A stretch of DNA of 64,000 nt. Source: Dehalococcoidia bacterium (GTDB lineage Bacteria > Chloroflexota > Dehalococcoidia > Lucifugimonadales > Australimonadaceae). The stretch covers positions 1,858,636 to 1,922,635 of the forward strand of contig OZ241740.1 of assembly GCA_965200975.1 (NCBI GenBank), in the 5' to 3' direction. The notes below the pieces were generated by a model that saw nothing but the letters and a program-made list of their open reading frames with translations, was not told the origin of the DNA and did no database searches. The stretch's first letter is position 1; each line of letters opens with the position of its first letter. The translations under genes were made by a program, and so were the position numbers. This document shows, in pieces, positions 27,232-37,036 of the stretch.

Positions 27232-27807
27232 ATGGGCGCTACCGTTCTGAAAATCGTCGTCCCGCTCATCGCCCTGGCCCTCACGGTTGTTATGGCGCTC
27301 GTGGGCTACTTCTTTGTGACGGCCTGGTTCGATCAGCCGCCCCCCATCCTCGGATTCGGGGAAGGCCCCGAACAGCCCATCGCGTTCCCCCACACCGTCC
27401 ACGTCAACACTGCCGGTCTCGACTGCCAGTTCTGTCACCGGACGGTCGCCACCGACGAGGTCGCCAGCGTCCCGGCGGTCGAGCAGTGCCTCTTCTGTCA
27501 CGACTTCGACCGCATCACCGGCGCCAACTCCGCGTCCTCTACAGCGCAAGAGGAGATCGCCAAGCTCATAGGCGAGCTCGGCGACACGCCCGACCCTGTC
27601 GACTGGGTGCGCGTTCACCGCCTGCCCGACCACGTTCAGTTCGTCCACGCTCCCCACATTCAGCAAGGGTTCTCCTGCTCCACCTGCCACGGCGACATCG
27701 CAAGCATGGAAGTCGTCAAGCAGGTGCGCGAGCTGAAGATGGGCGACTGCGTCGACTGCCACCGCGACAACAACGCCCCCACCGACTGCACTACGTGCCA
27801 CTACTAA
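27232..27807 (+). CDS. actA: alternative complex III subunit ActA-like pentaheme cytochrome c
   Basis: 191 aa with an N-terminal TM helix and five CxxCH motifs (CQFCH, CLFCH, CSTCH, CVDCH, CTTCH). Confidence 0.85.
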   Translation: MGATVLKIVVPLIALALTVVMALVGYFFVTAWFDQPPPILGFGEGPEQPIAFPHTVHVNTAGLDCQFCHRTVATDEVASVPAVEQCLFCHDFDRITGANSASSTAQEEIAKLIGELGDTPDPVDWVRVHRLPDHVQFVHAPHIQQGFSCSTCHGDIASMEVVKQVRELKMGDCVDCHRDNNAPTDCTTCHY

Positions 27808-27820
27808 CGAGCGCCAACAG

Positions 27821-30061
27821 ATGACACTCTCTCGCAGGCAGTTCCTCAAGTGGGCGGGCGCCACCAGCATAGGCGCCGTCGTCTTCAACGGCTGCCGCGT
27901 CCCCGATCACGAGATCGCGGTGCAAAGCCCCGTCGAGCTCCCCGAAGACCTCGTCACCGGACGCGACAACTACTACGCCACCACCGCGCAGCTGGGCGCC
28001 GCCAGCGAGGGCCTGCTCGTCCGCGTGATGGAGGGCCGCGCCAAGAAGATCGAGGGGAACCCCGACCACCCCGTCAACACCGGCAAGCACGGCATCCGCG
28101 CCGAGGCCATGCTCCAAGCTCTCTACCACCCGGACCGCATCAAGCATCCTCTGCTCCGCATCGCCAAGGGCGGCCCCTTCCGCAGCATTCCCTGGCAGGA
28201 GGGGCTCGAACGGCTTGCCGATATCCTCAGGGAGCACGATCCCGCGGAGACGCTCATCGCCACCCCGCCCTTGCGGGGCCGCATCGCCGACGTGGTCAAC
28301 GGTTTCGCGAGCGGCTACGGCGCCCGCCTCCTTGCGCTCGACGCCCTCGGCGGCGAGCGAGTCACCCGGGAGGCCTTGCGCCGCCTTTACGGTCAGACCA
28401 CGCAGCCCGACTTCGATATCGCCCACGCCAATTTCATCCTCAGCTTCGGCGCCGACTTCCTCGGCACATGGGGCAACCCGACCCACTACTCCCGCGGCTA
28501 TGGCGAGTTCCGGCAGGGCAAGGGCCGCGGCCACCGCGGCAAGCTGGTGCACATCGACTCCCGCTACTCCACGACTTCGGCGGCAGCCGACAAGTGGCTC
28601 GTGGTGAAGCCCGGGGCCGAGGGGCTCCTCGCAATGGCTATCGCCTACACTATGGTCCACGAGCAGCTTGGCGACCAGGCCGCCGCGCAGGCCCTCACTG
28701 GCGGCGCAGGCGCGAGCGCCCTGGCCGCTTTCCGGCCCGGCAACGTCGCCAACGACGTCGGCCTCTCAGCAGAGCAGATCGCCGACCTCGCCCATCAGTT
28801 CAGCAAGGACGACAACCATCCGGCGCTCGCCATAGGCGGAGGCGCCGCGGCGGCCCAGTCCAACGGGCTCTTCAATATGACCGCCGTCTACGCGCTCAAT
28901 GCGCTGGCCGGCTCCGTCAACCGTCCCGGAGGGCTCCTCCTCAACCCGGCGCCCCGCTCGGCGCCGATCGAGGCCGCCCCGATCAGCGAGTGGAAACGCG
29001 CGCTCGACGATATGCGGGCCGGCAGAATCTCCGTTGTGCTCACGCGCGACGCAGACATCGCCTACGCGCTTCCGCGCTCGCTCGATCCCCGCGGCGCTCT
29101 CAGGAACGTCGACCGCATCGTCAGTTTCTCCAGCTTCCTCAACGACACTACGGAGCTCGCAGACCTCATCCTTCCCGGCAGCGTCGCGCTCGAAGAGTGG
29201 GGCAGCGACGAACCGAGCCCCGGCCCCGGCTACGCCGCCGTCGGCTTCCAACAGCCTGTGGTCAATCGCTTCCACGACACGCTCAGCTTCGGCGACGCGC
29301 TCCTGCAGACGGCCAAAACGCTCGAAATCGACGGCTTGCCGTGGGACTCTATGCGCGACGCCGTTCGCGCCGAGGCCCGCGAGCTCCATCAGCTTCGCAA
29401 GGGCTCTGTCGTTCAGCCGACATTCGAGGAGTTCTGGAAGCGCTCCCTCGAACGCGGAGGCTGGTGGGATATGACCGCCACTGTAAGCGGGCAACCTAAA
29501 CCCGCAGCGCTTCCGACCGCTGCCCCCGCAGCTCCGGCCTCCGGCGGACGGTACCCTCTGCGTCTTGTGCCGTTCGAGGGCATCGGCATCGGGGCTGGTC
29601 AGTACGCTCACCTGCCGTGGGCGCAGTCCGCTCCCGATCCCATCACAACTGTCGTCTGGGCTACCTGGGTCGAGCTCAACCCCGACACCGCCAACGCTCT
29701 GGGCGTACTCAACCGCGACGTTGTCATAGTAGAGTCGCCCACCGGCCTCTCCATTCGCGTTCCGGTCTACGTGAACCCCGCCATGCCGCCCAATGTGGCG
29801 GCGATCCCGCTGGGCCAGGGACACCGCGCATTCACGAGTTACGCGGCGCGGCGCGGCGCCAACGCGCTCGATATCGTCGAGCCTGCCGAAGAGCCCGAAA
29901 CCGGCGCCCTGGCGTGGGCCGCCACAAACGTCCGCATATCCGGCACCACCCGCCGCATCGACTACCCGAAGTTCGAGGGCATCGAGCCGGCGCGCCAACT
30001 GCCGGGCGAAGAGATTATTTACGTTCAGCGCCCCAACGGCTACAGCGCCTCCAGCCACTGA
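27821..30061 (+). CDS. actB: ACIII ActB1-like molybdopterin-oxidoreductase-fold subunit with Tat signal
   Basis: 746 aa. Tat signal is MTLSRRQFLKWAGATSIGAV. The fold is CISM (DMSO-reductase superfamily) catalytic-subunit-like. It ends with TGA at 30059-30061, before the FeS module. Confidence 0.85.
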   Translation: MTLSRRQFLKWAGATSIGAVVFNGCRVPDHEIAVQSPVELPEDLVTGRDNYYATTAQLGAASEGLLVRVMEGRAKKIEGNPDHPVNTGKHGIRAEAMLQALYHPDRIKHPLLRIAKGGPFRSIPWQEGLERLADILREHDPAETLIATPPLRGRIADVVNGFASGYGARLLALDALGGERVTREALRRLYGQTTQPDFDIAHANFILSFGADFLGTWGNPTHYSRGYGEFRQGKGRGHRGKLVHIDSRYSTTSAAADKWLVVKPGAEGLLAMAIAYTMVHEQLGDQAAAQALTGGAGASALAAFRPGNVANDVGLSAEQIADLAHQFSKDDNHPALAIGGGAAAAQSNGLFNMTAVYALNALAGSVNRPGGLLLNPAPRSAPIEAAPISEWKRALDDMRAGRISVVLTRDADIAYALPRSLDPRGALRNVDRIVSFSSFLNDTTELADLILPGSVALEEWGSDEPSPGPGYAAVGFQQPVVNRFHDTLSFGDALLQTAKTLEIDGLPWDSMRDAVRAEARELHQLRKGSVVQPTFEEFWKRSLERGGWWDMTATVSGQPKPAALPTAAPAAPASGGRYPLRLVPFEGIGIGAGQYAHLPWAQSAPDPITTVVWATWVELNPDTANALGVLNRDVVIVESPTGLSIRVPVYVNPAMPPNVAAIPLGQGHRAFTSYAARRGANALDIVEPAEEPETGALAWAATNVRISGTTRRIDYPKFEGIEPARQLPGEEIIYVQRPNGYSASSH

Positions 30062-30083
30062 GCGCACAGAGACAGGACTACAG

Positions 30084-30806
30084 ATGGCGACCTCATCACG
30101 ACCGCGCAACCAGACCAGCAGGCCCGACCACAAGTGGGGGATGGTGATCGACCTCGACCGGTGCACCGGCTGCCAGGCTTGCGTCATCGCGTGTCAGGCG
30201 GAGAACAACATCCCCATCAACGAGGACTCGATCTTCCTCGAGGGCCGCGCCATTCAGTGGATACGCGTCGAGCGCTACTGGGAGGGCCACTACCCCGACA
30301 TCAAGGCGCGGTTCATTCCTGTGCTCTGCCAGCACTGCGACAACGCTCCTTGCGAGTCCGTCTGCCCCGTGTACGCCACGTACCACAACAACGAAGGCCT
30401 CAACGTGCAGGTCTACAACCGGTGCGTCGGCACCCGTTTCTGCGGCAACAACTGCCCCTACCACGCCCGCTACTTTAACTACTGGGAGCCGGTGTGGCCG
30501 GAAGACCTCCGCAACCAGCTCAACCCCGACGTTACTGTCCGCTCCCGCGGGATTATGGAAAAGTGCACAATGTGCATCCAGCGCATCCGCCGGGCGACCC
30601 GCGGAGGCGACGAGGTCGCTGACCAGTCGTTCAATCCCGCCTGCGTGCAGGCGTGCCCGACCGACGCCATGGTCTTCGGCGACCTCAACAACCCCGACAG
30701 CCGCGTCTCCCATCAGTGGAGCGACGAGCGCGCTTACCGCGTCCTCGAGGGACTGGGAACGAACCCCAGCGTGAAGTACCTCAAGCAGGTTGAAGTCGAT
30801 GCATAA
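30084..30806 (+). CDS. actB: ACIII ActB2-like 4Fe-4S ferredoxin subunit (NrfC/PsrB/DmsB-like)
   Basis: ATG at 30084, 240 aa, reading WGMVIDLDRCTGCQACVIACQAENN...CQHCDNAPCESVCP...CVGTRFCGNNCPY..R.FN...KCTMC..R...ACVQACPTDA. These are four Cys clusters. Confidence 0.85.
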   Translation: MATSSRPRNQTSRPDHKWGMVIDLDRCTGCQACVIACQAENNIPINEDSIFLEGRAIQWIRVERYWEGHYPDIKARFIPVLCQHCDNAPCESVCPVYATYHNNEGLNVQVYNRCVGTRFCGNNCPYHARYFNYWEPVWPEDLRNQLNPDVTVRSRGIMEKCTMCIQRIRRATRGGDEVADQSFNPACVQACPTDAMVFGDLNNPDSRVSHQWSDERAYRVLEGLGTNPSVKYLKQVEVDA

Positions 30807-32172
30807 CGGCGACCTCCAGGTCGGCCCGCTGCCGACCCACCAGGAAGTAGCCCGCGACGTCCTCGCGCGCTTCAGCGATCTCGGCGCGCGCTACTGGGGA
30901 TGGGTGACGGTGCTCGCCTTCCTCTTCGTGCTTGGGATAGTCGGCTTCATCATCCGGCTCACAGAGGGGTTGGACGACGGGAGCCGCGCCAACTGGGGCT
31001 ACTTCGTCGCTACGATGGCGTTCATCCTCACCACCTTCACGGCAATGCCGGTCATCTCCGCCGGCCTTCGCCTCACCAAGGCCAACTGGCGCCGCCCGTT
31101 CACTCGCGTCACCGAGAACATGGCTATCACCAGCCTCATTCTCGTGCTCATGCTCATACCTGCGCTCATAGCCCTCCCCTCCATAGAAGGAAGGCTCACT
31201 ATCTGGTTCGAGTTCCCTCTCGGCGCCCCCGGCCTGTGGGACGTCCTCGGCTACGGCTCCCTTGCCGTCATCGGTCTGGCGCTCTTGTGGACCGTCGCCC
31301 TGCCCGACCTCGCCGCGGCGCGCGACCACCTGCCCCCCTCCGCCCGTCAGCGCCTCATCAAGTGGCTCTCGCTCGGATGGGTGGGCGGCTCGCGGCAGTG
31401 GCGGGTGCTCTACAAGGGATCCCTGCTGCTTGGCGGGTTCTACCTCCTCACCTATCCGCTCGTGCAGACGCTGATGATCTCGGACTTCCACCACGGGCTC
31501 ATCCCGGGACTGAAGGACGCCATCATCCCTGCGACCGTCGTCGTGAACGGGCTGCAGGGCGCCGTCGGCATGACCCTTGTCACGATGTACCTGATGCGCC
31601 GGATGGGCGGCTACGAAAACTACTTCAGCGTCGAGCAGTTCTGGGCGCTCTCCAAGCCGCTCCTCGCGTTTTCGCTGCTCTGGTTCTATTTCTGGTGGGC
31701 AAGCTTCATTACGTTCTGGTACGGACGTCAGCCTGGCGAGAGCGAGGTGATACGGCTGCTCGTGCTCGACGAGTACCGCGGCGCGCTTATGGCGTCGTTC
31801 TTCCTCAACTTCCTTGGCCCGCTCATTGCGCTCGTATGGAACCCCGTGCGTCGCAGCATCTGGGGCCCTGCGCTTGTCGGCGGCGGCATCATCCTTGGGG
31901 CGCTCGTCAACCAGGTCAGGCTCTACGTCTCGGCGTTCTCCGTCGCCGACCCTACGCAGCACGTGATGGATCCCCGGCCCGCCACGCAGTGGCCGGAGGC
32001 GCCCGATATCCTCATCATGGTCGGAGCCATCTCCGGATGCGTGCTCCTCTTTATGCTCGTCAGCAAAATCATCCCTGTCGTCTCCATCTGGGAGGTCGGC
32101 GAGGGGCTCAGGCTCGTGAAAGTTCGGCGCTACCTCAACCGCTATGCGAGGGTCATCGCCAAGTCGCACTAG
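30790..32172 (+). CDS. actF: NrfD/PsrC-family polytopic membrane subunit (ActF-like)
   Basis: About 460 aa with about 10 hydrophobic helices, NrfD-like. The start (TTG 30790 or ATG 30799) overlaps the ActB2 stop. The ActF-versus-ActC assignment is tentative. Confidence 0.8.
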   Translation: MKSMHNGDLQVGPLPTHQEVARDVLARFSDLGARYWGWVTVLAFLFVLGIVGFIIRLTEGLDDGSRANWGYFVATMAFILTTFTAMPVISAGLRLTKANWRRPFTRVTENMAITSLILVLMLIPALIALPSIEGRLTIWFEFPLGAPGLWDVLGYGSLAVIGLALLWTVALPDLAAARDHLPPSARQRLIKWLSLGWVGGSRQWRVLYKGSLLLGGFYLLTYPLVQTLMISDFHHGLIPGLKDAIIPATVVVNGLQGAVGMTLVTMYLMRRMGGYENYFSVEQFWALSKPLLAFSLLWFYFWWASFITFWYGRQPGESEVIRLLVLDEYRGALMASFFLNFLGPLIALVWNPVRRSIWGPALVGGGIILGALVNQVRLYVSAFSVADPTQHVMDPRPATQWPEAPDILIMVGAISGCVLLFMLVSKIIPVVSIWEVGEGLRLVKVRRYLNRYARVIAKSH

Positions 32173-32192
32173 CGACACGGACGCAATAGCCC

Positions 32193-33566
32193 ATGTATTA
32201 CCGCAGAACACTTACCGACGCGCAGATCAACCGCGAGCTCCTCGACGTCGTGTTTCGGACGCCTATGTGGTGGGTCGCGCTGGTCACCGTGCTCGGCCTC
32301 ATCGTGGCCGTCGCCGCCGGCGCGTTCGGCTTTATGGTCAACCGGGGCCTGGGGGTTACGGGCCTGCAGCAGCCCATCTTCTGGGGCTTCTTCATCACCA
32401 ACTTCGTGTTCTGGGTCGGCATCAGTCACGCCGGCGTCATGATCTCCGCCATTCTCCGGCTCAGCCAGGCCGAATGGCGGCGCCCCATGGTGCGCGCCGC
32501 CGAAACCATGACGGTCTTCGCGCTGATGACCTCCCTGCTCCAGCCGCTCATCCACGCCGGGAGGCCCTGGCGCATCTTCTACTGGGTGCTGCCGTACGAC
32601 TGGGCCCGCGGCATATGGCCCGACGTCCGCTCTCCCCTGGTGTGGGACCCCATCGCCATCAGCACCTACCTCACGTCGAGCATCCTGTTCGTCTACACCG
32701 CTCTCATACCCGACCTTGCAGTCATTCGCGACCGCAGCACCGGTTGGCACCGCACCGTTTACGGCGTCCTCTGCCTCGGGTGGCACGGCAACCCGCGCCA
32801 GTGGAAGCTTCAGGGCATCGCGGGCATCCTGCTCTCCGCGCTCATCCTTCCCGTCTTCGTGTCTGTCCACAGCATCGTGTCATGGGACTTCGGCGTCAGC
32901 CTCGTGCCTTCGTGGCACGTTACGGTGTTCGCCCCGTACTTCGTCATCGGGGCCGTCCACTCCGGCGTTTCCGCCGTCGTGACGCTCATGATCATCATGC
33001 GCAAGCTCTACAAGCTTGAGAACTACATCTGGGAAGAGCACATCGACGCCCTCGCGCGCCTGCTTATCGTGGTCGCCACCGGGTGGCTCTTCTTCTTCTG
33101 GCTCGACTTCGTGTTCGCTCTCTGGCTCATTGAAGAGCAGGAGCTCACTGTGTGGCAGTTACGTCTGTTCGAGCCGCCCTGGAGCTGGATGTTCCTCCTG
33201 TTCATCACCACGTCCTACGTCATTCCGGTGCCGCTCTGGCTCTTCCGAAAGGTTAGACGCAGCTTCACCTGGATGTTCTGGACCAGCATCCTCGTGAACA
33301 TCGGCATGTTCACCGAACGCCTCATCATTATCGTCCCCGGACTCATGCGGAAGGGGCCGTGGGTCTTCACCTACGAGACGTACCGCCCGAGCGCTGTCGA
33401 GCTTACGCTAGTAGTGGGCTCGGTAGCCCTCGTAGCGCTCCTCTTGCTTATGTTCAGCAAGTTCTTCCCTCTCATCCCGCTCTGGGAAGAGAAGGAGGGC
33501 CAGAAGCTGATCGACGAAATTCAGGTGGGCGACCGGACCCTTCCGGCGCTCGTGAAAGAACACTAG
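32193..33566 (+). CDS. actC: NrfD-family quinol-binding membrane subunit (ActC-like)
   Basis: 457 aa. The segment FWGFFITNFVFWVGISHAGVMISAILRL...WRRPMVRAAETMTVFA...HAGRPW matches my recollection of the conserved ActC segment. Confidence 0.8.
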   Translation: MYYRRTLTDAQINRELLDVVFRTPMWWVALVTVLGLIVAVAAGAFGFMVNRGLGVTGLQQPIFWGFFITNFVFWVGISHAGVMISAILRLSQAEWRRPMVRAAETMTVFALMTSLLQPLIHAGRPWRIFYWVLPYDWARGIWPDVRSPLVWDPIAISTYLTSSILFVYTALIPDLAVIRDRSTGWHRTVYGVLCLGWHGNPRQWKLQGIAGILLSALILPVFVSVHSIVSWDFGVSLVPSWHVTVFAPYFVIGAVHSGVSAVVTLMIIMRKLYKLENYIWEEHIDALARLLIVVATGWLFFFWLDFVFALWLIEEQELTVWQLRLFEPPWSWMFLLFITTSYVIPVPLWLFRKVRRSFTWMFWTSILVNIGMFTERLIIIVPGLMRKGPWVFTYETYRPSAVELTLVVGSVALVALLLLMFSKFFPLIPLWEEKEGQKLIDEIQVGDRTLPALVKEH

Positions 33567-33591
33567 CTCGGCGCAGTCGAGGAGAAAGTCG

Positions 33592-34107
33592 ATGCCGAAC
33601 AAGAAACTGCTCGGGCTGTTCCCGGAGCCGGAACAGGCAGCCGGCGCGATGAACGATCTGAAGGACGCCGGCTTCCCTGCCGAAGACCTCGACGTCTACT
33701 CCGGGAGCCCCTTCCCTGAAGGATCATTCGGCGAGCACGAGCCTGAGACCCGGCTGTATATGTTTCCCCTCGTCGGCGCTCTCATCGGGTTCGCCCTCGG
33801 CCTCCTGTGGACAGCCGGCACCCAGATCTCGTACCCCCTGATCACCGGCGGCAAGCCCATCCTCAGCATCCCGCCGATGACCATCATCATGTACGAGAAC
33901 ACCATGCTCGGCGCCATCATCTTCACCGTGCTCGGCGTCCTCTTCGAGTCCCGTCTGCCGCGGCGCGACCTCGGCCTCTACGACGCGCGCATCACCGAAG
34001 GCTACATCGGCGTCATCGTCGACTGCCCCGAAGACCAGGCCGGTCAGGCCGAAACGCTCCTGCAAGCGGCCGGCGCCGAAGAAGTAAAGAAGGAAGGGGG
34101 GGCCTAG
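33592..34107 (+). CDS. actD: ACIII ActD-like (DUF3341) subunit
   Basis: 171 aa, reading LLGLF.....A..A...L...GF....LDVYSPFP followed by two TM helices. The position after ActC matches ActD. Confidence 0.75.
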   Translation: MPNKKLLGLFPEPEQAAGAMNDLKDAGFPAEDLDVYSGSPFPEGSFGEHEPETRLYMFPLVGALIGFALGLLWTAGTQISYPLITGGKPILSIPPMTIIMYENTMLGAIIFTVLGVLFESRLPRRDLGLYDARITEGYIGVIVDCPEDQAGQAETLLQAAGAEEVKKEGGA

Positions 34108-34114
34108 CCAGCTC

Positions 34115-34777
34115 GTGCGAATCCCTAGCCGCAAGACCCTCGCGCTCCTGGCAGCCGCAGCGACCGCCGCCGTGGTCGCCGCCGCATGCAACCCCGGCGA
34201 CCCCTTCCGGTCAACCGGCTCCTACCCCATCGACGTCTTCCAGGAGATGCACTACAACCAGACGCTCAAGGCCCAGGAGCCTCCGCGCTTCCTGCCGCCC
34301 GAGGGCTCCTACCCCATCGAGGGCGGGTTCCTTCCCGTAAGCGTCATCGACGACGTCAACGCTCTCGAAAATCCCCTGCCCGACGGCCCGATGACGATGC
34401 GGCGGGGCGCACTTCTCTTCAAGCAGAACTGCTCCGCCTGCCACGGCTTCACCGCCGCAGGCGACGGCCCCGCCGGCCTGATCCTCGCCGACTACGGCAT
34501 CAACCAGCCCCCCGCATTCGGCGAGGGAGACGGCGTCGTCGTCGTCCGCACGAACGGGACAACCGAGCTAACCCCCGGGAACGCCTACGGATCCATCTCA
34601 GGGGGCTTCGCCGCCATGCCCGCCTTCGAAGGCCTGCTTTCGGAGACCGACCGCTGGGCGATCGTAACCCTCCTCGACGCAGCCGTCGCCGCGCGGCAGG
34701 CCGCCCTCGAGTCGATCAACGATATCCCCGAGGAAGAGCGCACCCTCGAACTCCTCGGGCTCCGCGGCCAACTCTAA
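34115..34777 (+). CDS. actE: ACIII ActE-like monoheme cytochrome c lipoprotein
   Basis: GTG start. Lipobox is AVVAAAC. There is a single CSACHG heme motif, and a downstream Met (GGFAAMPAF) could be the axial ligand. Confidence 0.8.
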   Translation: MRIPSRKTLALLAAAATAAVVAAACNPGDPFRSTGSYPIDVFQEMHYNQTLKAQEPPRFLPPEGSYPIEGGFLPVSVIDDVNALENPLPDGPMTMRRGALLFKQNCSACHGFTAAGDGPAGLILADYGINQPPAFGEGDGVVVVRTNGTTELTPGNAYGSISGGFAAMPAFEGLLSETDRWAIVTLLDAAVAARQAALESINDIPEEERTLELLGLRGQL

Positions 34778-34814
34778 GCGCGCCGCCGCACTCGAACCCG
34801 AAAGAGAGAGCCGC

Positions 34815-35267
34815 ATGGACTTCAATTACTCCTACAACGTTAAGACCACGCCTGAGCAGCTCTGGTCTTTCGTCACCGACATCCCCACGGTCGGCAAGTG
34901 CATCCCAGGAGCGGATGACATCTCCTCGAACGACGACGGCGAGTACTCGGGCGTCGTCAAGGTGCGGGTCGGGCCCGTCTCTCTCGGTCTCGCAGGGAAG
35001 CTCTCCGTCGTCTCCCGCGACGACGATGCCCGCCGCATCTCGATGACCGGCGAAGGGGCAGACCGCAAGGTGCCGGGCAATGTGCGGGTGAAGATCAGCA
35101 TGGCCGTCGAGGACGCCGCAGGCGGCGGCAGCACGCTTGTGGTCAACTCCGACGCCAACATTATGGGGAAGCTTGGCGAGTTCGGTCAGGGCGTCATCAA
35201 ACGCAAGACCGACGGCATTATGAAAGAGTTCGGCCAGAACCTCGCCAAGCGGGTCGAGGCTCTCTAG
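34815..35267 (+). CDS. SRPBCC-fold CoxG-family protein
   Basis: 150 aa, reading ...P..LW.F..D...V..C.PG......D...Y.G.V.V..GP......G...........M...G.......G.............T.V......I.GKL...G...I. This is the CoxG pattern. Confidence 0.8.
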   Translation: MDFNYSYNVKTTPEQLWSFVTDIPTVGKCIPGADDISSNDDGEYSGVVKVRVGPVSLGLAGKLSVVSRDDDARRISMTGEGADRKVPGNVRVKISMAVEDAAGGGSTLVVNSDANIMGKLGEFGQGVIKRKTDGIMKEFGQNLAKRVEAL

Positions 35268-35305
35268 CAACCGCCTGCCCCAGACTTCCTCGCTGGTCAG
35301 GGCCG

Positions 35306-35515
35306 AACCTGGGAGAGCGTTCGCTCCCCCAGACCCCCTCGTTGTTGCGCTCACTTCCCCAGACGCCCGTCGCTGTTGGTTAGCGCCCTACCTGGGAGAG
35401 CGTTCGCTCCCCCAGATCCTCTCGTTGTTGCGTTCACTCCCCCAGGCACCCTCGTCGTTGGTTAGGGCACTACCTGGGAGAGCGTGCGCTCCTCCAGACG
35501 CCCTCGTTGTTGGTT
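35306..35515. repeat. tandem cluster of the dispersed repeat family (about 82-bp period with a 41-bp sub-period)
   Basis: CCTGGGAGAGCGTTCGCTCCCCCAGACCCCCTCGTTGTTG-type units have cores starting at 35311, 35394 and 35476. Half-units (TCACTYCCCCAGRCRCCC..GTTGGTTAG) are interleaved. Confidence 0.85.
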
Positions 35516-35518
35516 AGG

Positions 35519-36064
35519 TTAGGAGGGGGCGACGAACACTTGTTGCCGGTAGAACCGCAGCTCCTCGATGCTCTCGCGGATGTCGTCGAGCGCGCGGTGC
35601 GTCCCCTGCTTCACGGGAACCTTCAGGTTGGGGTACCAGCGCCGCGCAAGCTCTTTCACCGAACTCACGTCGACGATCCGGTAGTGCAGGTACGACTCCA
35701 GCTCCGGCATCTCGCGCATCAGAAAGAGCCGGTCCTGATGCACGGAATTCCCGCACAGCGGCGCCTCTTGCGCGCCCACCCACTCCTTCAAGAAATCGAG
35801 CGCCTGACGCTCCGCCTCCGCCACTCCTGTCGTCGAGGCCCGCACGCGGTCGAGCAGGCCCGACGCCGTATGCGTCTTCCGGCTCCACTCGTCGATGGGC
35901 TCCAGCTCGTCCTCGCTGCGCGCTATCGCCCCCGCCGGGCCCTCGGCAAGAATGTTCAGATCGCCATCCGTGATCACGGTGGCTATCTCAATCACAACAT
36001 GGCGCTCAGGGTCGAGCCCCGTCATCTCCAAGTCGATCCACACCAGCCGTCCGGACTCAGCCAT
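35519..36064 (-). CDS. orn: oligoribonuclease
   Basis: ATG at 36064, reading [14 protein letters not shown]...IIEIA..ITD..L.....G......[12 protein letters not shown]...MP.LE..LHYR..DVS..KEL..RW.P......H.AL.DI.ESI.EL..YR. Confidence 0.92.
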   Translation of the reverse strand: MAESGRLVWIDLEMTGLDPERHVVIEIATVITDGDLNILAEGPAGAIARSEDELEPIDEWSRKTHTASGLLDRVRASTTGVAEAERQALDFLKEWVGAQEAPLCGNSVHQDRLFLMREMPELESYLHYRIVDVSSVKELARRWYPNLKVPVKQGTHRALDDIRESIEELRFYRQQVFVAPS

Positions 36065-37005
36065 TGCTCTTCTTTCTGCCCGCAGGGCCTCTGACGGGAG
36101 CGCGGCCTCCCGAGCGGCGGCGCCTCGCGCCATCTCGCTCCTTCGCGTTCTGACCATCCGGCGGACGGCCCAGCAGACGGCGCGCTTCCGCAGCCGGCAG
36201 TTCGCGGACTTCACCCGGCGCGAGGCTTCCGAGCCGCACTCCGCCGATGCGCACGCGCGTCAGATGCAGCACCTCCGCGCCCAGCGCTCTCATCATCAAG
36301 CGCACTTCGCGTTTCTTCCCCTCCACCAGCGTCACCCGGTAACGCGCCTCCTGCGCTCCGGCGTCACGTCCCCGAACGGCGGCGACTGCCGCGGCGGAGG
36401 CGAGTCCGCTCTCTATCTCTACGCCGGTCAGCAGACGGCGCCGCTCTGCTGCCGAAAGGCGCCGGTCGAGCAACGCCTCGTACTCTTTCTCCACCCCGTA
36501 GCGGGGATGCGTAATGCGGTTCACCAGGTCGCCGTCGTTCGTCAACAGCACCAGGCCGGAGCTTGCAAAGGTCGAGACGTCCGGCGGGGACCAGCCCCGG
36601 CGCGCGGAGCCCGGCAGGCACGAGATCGAGCGCCGTAGGCCTCCCGCGGTCGTCGCGCACCGCCGAGAGGTAGCCGGGCGGCTTGTTCAGCAGCAAGTAC
36701 ACGCGCCGGTCGGAGGCGGGCGCGAGAGCCGTTCCCCCGACCCGCACCACGTCGCCTGGGGAGACCGGATGGTTGAGGTCGAGCGCCGGCGCGCCGTTGA
36801 CGGTTACGGCGCCCTCCATAATCAGCGCAGCGGCGCGCCGGCGCGACCCTGCGCCTGCCGCCACGAGCTGCTTCACTAACGGCCTTACGCCGGACGCGGA
36901 GGTTGCTGGGGTGGACACGCTTCGAGGGTAGCACAGCCTGCGAGGCGGCTGATAGAATCCGCTCGCTTCCCGCGCCGGCCCCCTCTTGCTGCGCGCCTTC
37001 ATCAA
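36057..37005 (-). pseudogene. RluB/RsuA-family pseudouridine synthase with an apparent +1 frameshift
   Basis: The S4 domain through VYLLLNKPPGYLSAV...VPAGRLD lies in one frame (36364..37005). FASSGLVLLTNDGDLVNRITHPRYGVEKEY...EGKKREVR lies in another (36057..~36566). The total length of 949 nt is 3n+1. The join is at CTCGAC-C-TTTGCA (plus strand about 36565-36572). Confidence 0.75.
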
Positions 37006-37036
37006 CCTCCATCAGCCTCTCTACGGATAACGCAAA

